A stretch of 20,000 nt of DNA from Chromera velia (taxonomy: Eukaryota). The notes under the pieces were generated by a model. The model was given only the letters and a program-made list of their open reading frames with translations, made no database searches and had not been told where the DNA came from. Positions 10,260 through 19,628 of this stretch are shown here, one piece after another. The stretch is taken from the NCBI GenBank assembly GCA_018398765.1, contig JAHBMJ010000013.1, positions 117,393 through 137,392 of the forward strand, read 5' to 3'. Position numbers and translations under genes: made by a program. The number at the start of each line of letters is the position of its first letter. Within the stretch, counting starts at the first letter, position 1.

Positions 10260-10470
10260 GCCTGCATGAAATGTGCACACTCCAACCACCTCCCGCCTCT
10301 CTGTGCAGGAGAACGTCGGTGATGATAACGAGGCGACAATGCAGGTGAACCAGATGGGTCGACGTCTGGCAGTGGATGTGCACGAGAACGACGACATGAT
10401 GAAGACGGCCATGCTCGGCAGACGCATGGATGGGGTTGATGAGGAGCTGGGCACAATGATGCTTGGCTGA
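8950..10470 (+). CDS. 258-aa predicted secreted protein; exons 8950-9073, 9184-9301, 9443-9815, 10309-10470
   Basis: Signal-peptide-like start MKSFAIFLASCGLAAALSA. Introns 9074-9183 (G|GTAAGA..CAG, phase 1), 9302-9442 (GA|GTCAGT..TGCAG, phase 2) and 9816-10308 (ACG|GTCAGT..GTGCAG, phase 0) are all phase-consistent; the 777-nt CDS ends in TGA. Mature part has four Cys and an NIT sequon; the tail has dibasic-site repeats. No family recognised. Confidence 0.85.
10055..10257. repeat. (CT)n/(CTTT) pyrimidine microsatellite in intron 3 of the secreted-protein gene
   Basis: About 200 nt of pure C/T sequence upstream of the acceptor at 10308. Confidence 0.95.
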
Positions 10471-11489
10471 TTGACGAATTTATCTGTTGACTGGTCGAGC
10501 GGTTGGTTGGAACTCGTTCTTTTTGATGAACTCGGTTTTTCTTTTTCGCTTCTTTTTCATTCCGTCTTTTTCGATGCATGCATAGGTCATCTAAATGCCA
10601 AGAATGAGACAGCGGAGAAGAGCAGGATGAATCAGAGTGAGGAGAGAGCGGAACAGAGGGCAGAGTGCAAGAAGTATCTCCACCTTCTGTGCCCCCCCTT
10701 TCTCACCTCTCGAAAGAGGAAGGGAGAGAAAGGAAAGAAAAGGGGAAAAGAAAAAAGACTTTGAAGAGAAGGATTGCTTTCAAGCGAAAAGTTAAAGGAG
10801 ACAGGAAGAGCGTTTTCCTTGGAAGATTGAGACGATGCGAAGAAAAGAATGCAATCCTATCACGCAGAAAAATGCTGAGAAAGAAAAGAAGAGAAATGCT
10901 TCAGTGTGTGTCGCTCGATGCCTTGATTGACAGTGAGTGGGGGTCTCTCCCTCAGTGAAGGAAAGCAAGAGAAGAGTGGAGAGCAGTTAACGTCACTGAG
11001 TGAAATAGAACAGAGAACAGAACAAACGTACCGAGAAGAAGAGAAGAAGAAGTCAGCGAATATTCTGTAGAATGTTGTATGGAGAAGAGAGGAGGAGAGG
11101 AGAGAAGGGAGAAGAAGGGAAATGTCGAAAAGCCGGGAGCCATAGTGTGGCTGTCGTCCTTCGGACCTGTCTCTTCTTTTCTCGTCCCTTCTTTTTCTTC
11201 CTCACCACACCTACTTTTTCTTTGTCTTTTGTTGATGCAAGTGTATGAGAGCAATCGTTGATCGAAGAGTGCAATGAGCGAAAAGAAAAAACAAAACAAA
11301 GGGAAGCTCTCATTTGTAGGACGTCTGTACTGGAATGAATGCCTTTTACACGAACCAACGTTGCACCCTTGTGGTGGTGCTCTGGAGGGCCGCGCATCCT
11401 CTAACGTCGTTTTTTGTTTACGGTCTCTGCTGTTTGCTTCTCGATCTTTCTGTGTCTAAACGGTGTGTGTGACATTGTGTGACACTGTT

Positions 11490-12400
11490 CTTTGAGAAAA
11501 AAGAAAAGATATTAGATTACAACATGTTTTTCTGTCCATTCGTCATAACTCTAGTCATACTAACTTCGTATCATTAAAGTATGACACTGGATGAGCCCAA
11601 ATGTCATTGCTTTTAATTCAACATTTCAAAAAGAACCAAACGCAATGGTTGTTTTCTTGCTAGTTTTTTTGCTGCCCAACTGTACCTGCGGAACCGAATC
11701 CTTTCTTTTCGAGTCTTTAACGAACGTACATACTTTGGAGCAGAATTAATGTAATAAAACCTTATGTCTAAATTTTATCAGGACACTTAACACCTTTTAA
11801 TTAATAACATGCAAGTATCATATTGAAGTACTAGATTGAAGTACTTAATGATCTAGTTAATGATGTATATTAATTTTTAATTAAATTTGGCACGCCTCTC
11901 CAAAACGTGATCATTCTGTTCAATATTGTAAAATCTCGGGCTATTTCAGGCCTTTGAATCTGAGGCTTTGAAGCTGCCTTTCAAAATGACTGGATAAATT
12001 TTAGTAGTAGCCTAACCTGGCGATAAATAAACATAGCGGGAACCTGGAACCAAATTCAATGATAAATTTCAATCAATCAGTCGATAAGCCTACCCTTGGC
12101 ACTGTGAGGTTAACAGTGCCACAATCATGGCATAATGGACCACAGGGGAACCCGGAACATAAATCTTAATCCCTACTAAGATTCCTTAGATCCCATAGAG
12201 GATCTAGTACAGGATAGGATTGATTAGTTGATTGATTATGCAGGCTAGGATGCAGTTTTAGAGCTAGTCTTAGAGTCTAACCCGTTACAGAATCATAATA
12301 CAGATTAAACTGGTAGCTCTGGCAACAGATAGACATAGCGGGAAAGCCTAGTGCGGAACCTATCAATCAATCAATGAATCACAGCTTAGTGACAGCTACA
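11490..12400. other. AT-rich intergenic island 2 with (TCAA)n/(TTGA)n and TAG enrichment
   Basis: Low GC and no ORF >=60 aa in the track; TCAATCAATCA at ~12069 and ~12363, ATTGATTAGTTGATTGATT at ~12219. Boundaries approximate. Confidence 0.7.
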
Positions 12401-12814
12401 AGATTGCAGAGAAATGCGCATAGAAATCACTTGGGTGAAGAACAAAAGAGCTAGCAACTTTATAGCAACAGAGAAGCTCCAACAGATAGACTGAAGACAG
12501 GATCGAGAAGGCAAAGGGGAGAGGATGATGTGAGGATGAAAGAGAATTTAAGGAATTCGGAGCAGAGCTGGATTCAAGGAACTTGACTGATGTATGGGAG
12601 GGAGGGAGCCAGGGAGGGAGGGACGAGAAGAGAGGGAGAGAGGGAGGGAACCAACAAAGGAAGGAAGAAAGCAAGGAAACGATCCACGCAGGAAGGGAGA
12701 AGAGTCAGAAAGCCAACCGAACAAGGAAGGAACGAATAAGAAAGGAAGCAAGGAAGAATGAACGAGTGAATCGGTCAATACATGAATGATACATGAATGT
12801 ATGACAAGACGTAT

Positions 12815-12816
12815 GA

Positions 12817-12855
<39 letters not shown>

Positions 12856-13006
12856 GATGGATGGATGGGTGGGTGGATGGATGAAGAGACAGCGAGTACG
12901 TACGCGAAAAAGAAAGAAGGATTAAGGCAAGTGAGCAAGAAAGCAGAGAAGAACAACAAGCAAGCGACAGACCAACAAGCAAGCAAGCAACCAAGAAAGA
13001 AAGAAA

Positions 13007-13038
<32 letters not shown>

Positions 13039-13067
13039 AGAAAGAAAGAAAGAAAGAAAGAAAAGAA

Positions 13068-13099
<32 letters not shown>

Positions 13100-13193
13100 A
13101 AGAGAGAAAGAGAGAAAGAGAGAAAGAGAAAGAGAGAGAGGAGAGAGAGAGAGGAGAGAGAGAAAAAAAAGAAAAAAGAAAGAGACAGAGAGA

Positions 13194-13229
<36 letters not shown>

Positions 13230-13560
13230 GGGAGAGAGGGAGAGGCAGAGAAAGAAAGAAAGAAAGAAAGAACGACAGACAGACAGACAGACAGACAGAC
13301 AGAAAGAAAAGAAAGAAAGAAAGAAAGAAAGANNNNNNNNNNNGAGTGCGCGAATGGATAAGGAATTAAAGTACACAGGAAGGAAGGAAAGACGGTAAAA
13401 ATGAAGGAATGAGAAAGAGAAAAGAAAAAAGAACGAAAAAAAAACACCATGAAGAGACGCAAGGAAGGAAGGAAGGAAGCAAGCAAGCAAGGAAGGAAGG
13501 AAGGAAGGCGGAAGTAAAAGCAGCAATCAATAAACGAAGGAAAGGAAGGCAAGGGAGGTA
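12815..13560. repeat. Purine-rich microsatellite complex (GAAA)n, (GGAT)n, (GA)n, (GACA)n, (GGAA)n, (GCAA)n with assembly gap
   Basis: Directly visible; N run 13333-13343. Confidence 0.95.
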
Positions 13561-14203
13561 AGAAGCGAAGAAAATAATGGAGGAAAAGAGTCAAAGAGGC
13601 GCAGGGAGAAAGAAAAAAGGGGGTGATTAAAAAACATGAAGGAAGAAAGTGGAAGTTCCACCGAAACAAGCCTTCAGCACCTCCCCCCTCGTCTCCTCCC
13701 CTCCTCTGCTTTCCCGATGAGTCTGGCTCCATGACCAGTTCCTCCTGACGCCACTCGGATATGATCCTCCTCCATCTTCCCGTCGCCCAAATCTTTGAGG
13801 CACAGAACCGCCTCCCCTCAGCTGTGAGACAGACAGAGCTTTTTTCGCTTCAACAGTAGATGGGGGTGGGGGCGGGAGAAGAAGAGAACGGGAAAGGAAA
13901 CAAACGGCATTCGGAATCACATGCATTTAGAAAATAATCATGAGATATTCATGATGAATGTACGCATCGTGAGTGTATGCGTGTTTACAGATTGAAGGTG
14001 TCGTGTCAAGAGGTTTTAGGGCAACTCAGTCAAAGCGGTCCCGCAGGAGAAATGAGGGAACAGCAGGTCGAGTCAGTCCTCTGCTTTCTCTTCTAAGTGT
14101 CATCAGTTCGTATCAGTACCGGCTCTCCTCTGCGTGTCACACCCCCCCTCTCCCTTGGGGGCTTTTCCTGATCGGCACTCGTCTTCAGTTCTGCTTCTTC
14201 ATT

Positions 14204-14692
14204 TTACTGTGCCTTGGTGCGGGGCTTGGGGGTGGTGCCCTCCCTGAAGCCGTTCTTGAACTTTCTGGGCATGTCCTTGAGGTAGCGCATGCTGCACAGA
14301 GATAGGGGGAGAAGCACAAAATGATGAAGGACAAACCTCAACACTCAAAAAGCCCCATGCAGCACCTCCTGGGTTCGCTCCGTGGAAGATGAAAAGCAAG
14401 GGGACTGACCGCCCAGTGCCAGTGGTGTTGCGTCTCTTGGCCTTCTCGGACCAGTTGAAGCGCCTCTTCTTGGCGTCGGGATACCCTGCAAAGAGAAAAT
14501 GGACATGGGAGAGTGGAGGATGGAGCCGACCGGCAGAGGAGGGAACGAGGGGAGGTGAGTAGTAGACTTACCGCAAGAGGCGCAGGTCTTTTTGCCGATG
14601 TGCCAAGCACGCTTTCCGCAGCGGATGCACAGAGTGTGCGTCTTTCCGTTGCGCTTACCGAAAGAACCGGTACCCTTTCCGCACTTACCCAT
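14204..14692 (-). CDS. RPL37: 60S ribosomal protein L37 (eL37), 94 aa; exons 14692-14572, 14485-14410, 14291-14204
   Basis: Spliced translation [94 protein letters not shown]. Contains KGTxSFGKR, the CxxC-x11-CxxC zinc ribbon, GYP, NWSxKAKRRxTTGTGRMRYLK and NGFREGT, all eL37 hallmarks. Introns GTAAGT..CAG (phase 1) and GTCAGT..CAG (phase 2). Confidence 0.98.
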
Positions 14693-16224
14693 CTTGACAC
14701 CTCTTTTCTCACAAGCAGTGTTTGGACGGACCACAGCCCAGACTCAGATTGGGTCGAGCGGTTTCTCAGGGTGGTGACCTGTACTGAGCTCAGTTTCGGT
14801 AGCTCGGCGGGGCTCACGCGGCCCTGGCATGCCCTGGCGGCAGCATGCATTTTGCATATGCATGTCTTCTGTCTCCAAGATTTTTCAAGTCCGATGTTCT
14901 GCAATTAAGTCTCTTCGTCGCTTAATTTATCGATATGTCACTCATTGCCACTTTACTTATGCACGAAGATGACGAAGTGAGTGCGCTGAACGAGTGTGAG
15001 GCGGCTGAGTCATGCAGAGTGGGAGAACTAATTGTCGAGTTGCTCGAACTGATGAAATTCATCTGCCTTCTATACTCCGTCTACGCTTGGACACTGTGGG
15101 TAGGTGGTCGATCCTGTTTGACGTCTGATTTTGAAAACGTGTCAGCGGATGTTGGACCGTCGCGTCCAACTGAACAACTTGAACGACTGGCTGAAAGATT
15201 GCATGGTGGCTGCTGTGACCTGATTGGCTTTTGATCGGGTACGAAAAGACATACAGTCGTTTCTTCTTTCGTATTTCCTCCTCAAAACTTTCTGCTTGAA
15301 AGGGTCGCGACTGCGGAGTCGGGCGTCCTCTTCAATTGCCATGCATGGTGAGTTCGATGCGCAAGACTTCGAAAGAGCACCATTAGTGTAGAGGTTTGGA
15401 AAGTGTTTTCAGTTGCTGGCTGTGACTGGGGGACGTTTGATGATGAAAACTTCTTTCTGCACCGACATGGTTGGTGCGAGTCCTGACTTCATTCTCGTGA
15501 AGCACCGAAAGAAGAACATTTGCACGTCAGGCTGAGAACGTCCGCAAGCCAGTGAGACTTTTCCCGTGCTCGTTTGTTGTCTTGCTCTCTCCTCATTCAG
15601 ACCCTGCTGTGGTTTGGCTGCAGAAAGCAGAAAAGATTGGCCATTTTACGTGTAGTTTCTCAAAATGGATGCACATGCAGTCTGGCCGATGGCGCGCAAT
15701 AGTTCTCCCCTTGTTTGTTGTGGTCTGATGCAGCTGTCTCGGGCCGATGTACGTGTGGGGAAGCTGTGCGGTGTCTGCGGGTGGTTCCATTTCTCAACTT
15801 CAAGAAGACTCTCATGAAGTCTGCAGTCGGGACTCGAACCGGGTCGGCCTGTGTTGGTGGGGATTTGCACATGTGGCCTTCTTCGGCTTACCTCGTCCTC
15901 TCCATCTCCTCGGTTGTTTGACCACTGGAGGCCGCCGGCAGCAATGAAGGGACGCTCAGACTCGGATCGGATACCTCCACAAGGTCAGGTTGAGAGTAGA
16001 CTCTCGAGACGTCATCTGAGCTTGTTCGTTCAGTGTGCAGTCATGGTCTTCCTCCGAAGCGGATGAGAGGGAAAATTGCAGATCATAGAGCAGTGGACAC
16101 AATCTGAGCAAGACCGGTAGCGAGACCATCCATGCAGTGAGTTCGATGGGAAAGACTTTCAGAGAGAATTAATCAGTGGGACAAGAACAAGGAAAGGGGC
16201 AGTACTCTTTGGAAGGGATAATGG

Positions 16225-16470
16225 AAAGAAGGAAGGAAGAAAGGAAGGAAGGAAGAAAGGAAGGAAGGAAGGGGGAAAAGGAAGGAAGGAAGGAAGGAAG
16301 GAAGGAAAGGAAGGAAGGAAGGAAAGGAAGGAAGGAAGGAAGGAAAGGAAGGAAGGAAGGAAGGAAGGGAAGGAAGGAAGGGAAGGAAGGAAAGGAAGGA
16401 AGGAAGGAAGGAAGGAAAGGAAGGAAGGAAGGAAGGAAGGAAGGAAGGAAGGAAGAAAGGAAGGAAGGGG
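16225..16470. repeat. (GGAA)n microsatellite
   Basis: Directly visible; explains the LPSF/RKEG pseudo-ORFs. Confidence 0.95.
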
Positions 16471-17625
16471 GGAAAAGCAGCAGAGAACAGCATGACGTGG
16501 GTCGATGAGTTCCATGTTTGGGAGATAAACTTCGGTCTGGGGAGATATGCGAAGAGAGGGAGTGCCTTGGATGTCTGTCTCTTCATCAAGGATGCGACCC
16601 AAAGTGGGTGGGTGGACCTTTCGCCTTTCTTCGTTCCTTGGGCTGGAAGGAAGGAAGGAAGGAAGAAAGGGAGACGGCTGCATGGAGAAAAGATAATACA
16701 AAGAGAGGAGAGGGGATAACTCGCCTCAGACAGAAGAAGGGAGGAGTGTATTGGAGACCAGGGAACAGAAAGAGACGAACGACTGCATGGAGAGGCATGC
16801 AGCCAGATTCCAATTAGGAGGACCGAATCAGACAGCTTGCAGAAAAGGAAAAAAGGGGAGCGGCGGCGTGGTTTGCGCTGTCTATCTGAGTCTCTGAATT
16901 CTTTGGCTGTCTGCTGTCTGCTGTCTGCCCGTCTCTCCCTCCCCTGAGTAACGATCTGTCTGTATGCCTTTCCGTTTGAAACATATAGTATATCTGTTCG
17001 CAGTTCATCCACAGAAAGTGAGGAGGGACAGAAAAGGTGAAGAAAAGAACAAAAAGCGGAAGAAACGAAAGAACTTCTCGGTCAGTCAGTCTGTGTGTCT
17101 GATGGAAGAAGAGACGGGAAAAGAAAGGAGCATACAGTCTGTCGTCCCTTTTTGAGAGAAACGTCTAGCTGACGCGCCGAGGCTGAGCCTGGTGGACAGA
17201 GGATCAGTCCACCGGGGGTATGGTATAAGGCGCAACACCAACGTAGCAAGGAGAGCAAACTTGAGCAAGCAGATGGGCTTGAATGTCTGTCTGGTTCCTG
17301 CTCGCTGTCTTGCCGTGGCGTCTCGCTGTCAGCCAGACTGTCCCAGAGAGAGAAAGGGGTTTGGCCTGAGAGACTTCAGACATCAAAAACGGAGAGAGAC
17401 AGACAGGTTTCGTTTGTTTATGGGGTGGAGGGCCGGGGAGACTGCATGGGAGTCAAAAGAGAGCGGCTAGCTGGAGGCCTGGAGACAGACAGAGAGGGCG
17501 ATACACGGATAGGCAGAGGAAAACGTATGAAATGGGTAGAGCGTGATGAGGGAATGTGTGGATGGATAGAAGGAAACATGTAGAAAGATGGACGCAAATG
17601 GTGTGCGAGTGTGTAAGAGAGGGTT

Positions 17626-17658
17626 ATACACACGCGCACACACACACACACATACACA

Positions 17659-17697
<39 letters not shown>

Positions 17698-17768
17698 ACA
17701 CACACAGAGAGCAGGGAGAGAGAGAGAGAGAGAGAGAGAGAGGGACACAGTCACGCAAATATAGATAG

Positions 17769-17802
<34 letters not shown>

Positions 17803-17803
17803 A
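17626..17803. repeat. Compound (CA)n-(GA)n-(GATA)n microsatellite
   Basis: Directly visible. Confidence 0.95.
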
Positions 17804-18029
17804 ACCTAAGGAGAGAACGCAGCATGCAGAGACCAGCACTAGGACCAGCAGAAAGGCATCCAGGTCTGGAGGAAAGACTAGAGGAAAGAACAGAACAGTT
17901 GAGGAGGGGCCTACGGAGGGGCAAGGATCGAGCGCTTCTTTCGCTAGTTCGATCGACGGATCATGCATTCGACACTGCATCGACTATGCTGGGTATGTAT
18001 GATGCTACAAAGCTGTTACAGCGAAGAGT

Positions 18030-18490
18030 GCTAAGAAGCTAGCTAAGAAGTCTAGTAAGAAGTTGGCACACATGCTAGCATAAATAATGCTAGAAATAAT
18101 GCTGTTATCCATACATATTGTTTCCGGTCTAGTTTCCGGTTAATATACGGCGGTTATGTCTAGGGCTCTAAGCTAGTGGCTAGGGTTATGTTCCATGCAA
18201 CTTATGTTTCTCACTAACGCAAATTAGGTTTTGCTACTTCAATTTATATTCTCACTTAAAATCAATCAATGAATTTAAAACTAGATTTAAAAAGAACTAG
18301 AAAAAGAAACTTTTGATAAACTGAAATCTTGTTATGAAATCAAATTAAAAAACCTATATTAAAAATAAAAATTCTTTTTAATTTATAATGCAGTGCACGC
18401 CCCCGTGCCCCGGCCCTACAGTTATGGGAAATCTAAAAAAAACGAATGTTGTTTGTGTTACCATGCATTGCTTAAGTATTATACTTGAGT
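18030..18490. other. AT-rich intergenic island 3 with CTAG cluster and (TCAA)n
   Basis: Eight CTAG in ~18039-18183; AATCAATCAATGAAT at ~18261; short direct repeats TAAGAAG x3, AAATAATGCT x2, TTTCCGGT x2. Boundaries approximate. Confidence 0.7.
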
Positions 18491-18541
18491 TTTATAGGCA
18501 CTGACAAAGTCTTCCATCATAAGTTCCATGCCGGTCAACAG

Positions 18542-18583
<42 letters not shown>

Positions 18584-18598
18584 ACACACACACACATA

Positions 18599-18637
<39 letters not shown>

Positions 18638-18713
18638 GCACGCACGCACGCACGCACGCACGGCGACTGTCGCACGCACGCACTCACGCACACACAACCA
18701 CCCCCCACCCCCA

Positions 18714-18801
<88 letters not shown>

Positions 18802-19080
18802 AAGAGAGAGAGAGAGAGAGGGATTAGAGGAAACACTCCGACAGACGTACAGACAGGCACACACTGGATGTGACACACATGAACACTGCAACATATCCAC
18901 ACGCAGAGACACATACTTGAGCAGAGTCACACACGTAAACACAGTCTCACGGATCGTGCATACATGCACACACGGACGTACACATATACATTATGGCTGT
19001 GACACACACACACACACACACACACACGCACGCACGCACGCACCTACCTACACACAATCACACAAACGCACGCACACATA
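18542..19080. repeat. (CA)n, (CACG)n, (GA)n microsatellite block
   Basis: Directly visible at 18542-18821 and ~19000-19080. Confidence 0.93.
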
Positions 19081-19628
19081 CTTACCCCCAGGGGAGTCTT
19101 CATCTTGTATCATTACACAAAGGGTTCAAAACCCCACAACAATTGACATGAATCTAGACATGTGCATACTGCTAGGCACAGTAGTCCACACGCTGCAAAT
19201 TCATCGATCACCCCCATCGCGGCCCTCCTTGCTGCCCCCGAGCAGACGGCACGGGAACAGCTCCGGGGAGAGACCTCGGGGGAAGAGGGTCCAGTCGTGG
19301 CGGTTGCATGACAGCATTTTGACGGTCTCGGACGGCCGCTGCATGCAAAAAGGTGGGCAGATAAAGCGCCACGTGGGATTGCAAGGACTTTGTTTCCGTC
19401 TGGAAATGAAGGAAGCTCCTTCGAGTCGCATTTGAAGCAAAGACTCCCACCCACTCTCTCCAGCATGACTGCAGCTTCCGCCCCCCCCTTTGGAAATCCA
19501 ACCGACACCATGGAAGACGGACGGAGGATCATCTGTCGGCATCCTTTGGGGCCCTGTCTATCTTTCTTTTCTCTTTCACTGAAATTTACTTAACATCTTC
19601 CCCTCCTGCCGGTTGACGACGCATGCAA

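Noticed and set aside
12548..13732. Long F/L/S-rich and K/E/R-rich ORFs (394, 273, 177 aa)
   Set aside because: Translations of (GAAA)n/(GA)n microsatellites that lack stop codons, spanning an N gap.
13627..13926. Small minus-strand ORF or exon downstream of RPL37
   Set aside because: Gly/Arg-rich low-information translations in all frames, with no supportable start or splice partners.
14320..14409. Box C/D snoRNA (ATGATGA ... CTGA) in RPL37 intron 2
   Set aside because: The motifs are on the strand antisense to RPL37, the CTGA is just the complement of the GTCAG splice donor, and there is no terminal stem.
15820..15900. tRNA or SINE on minus strand (GGTTCGAGTCCC T-loop/B-box)
   Set aside because: The T-stem pairs poorly (CCCGG vs CCCGA) and I cannot build acceptor, anticodon or D arms; tRNAscan-SE would settle it.
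15601..15947. Selenoprotein via in-frame TGA at 15726 (VVV*CSC)
   Set aside because: No resemblance to a selenoprotein family I know, no SECIS identified, and the flanking translation is not convincingly protein-like.
16159..17012. ORFs with LPSF/RKEG repeats
   Set aside because: Artefacts of the (GGAA)n tract.
18479..19435. His/Thr- and Cys/Val-repeat ORFs (apparent metal-binding proteins)
   Set aside because: Translations of (CA)n/(TG)n microsatellites.
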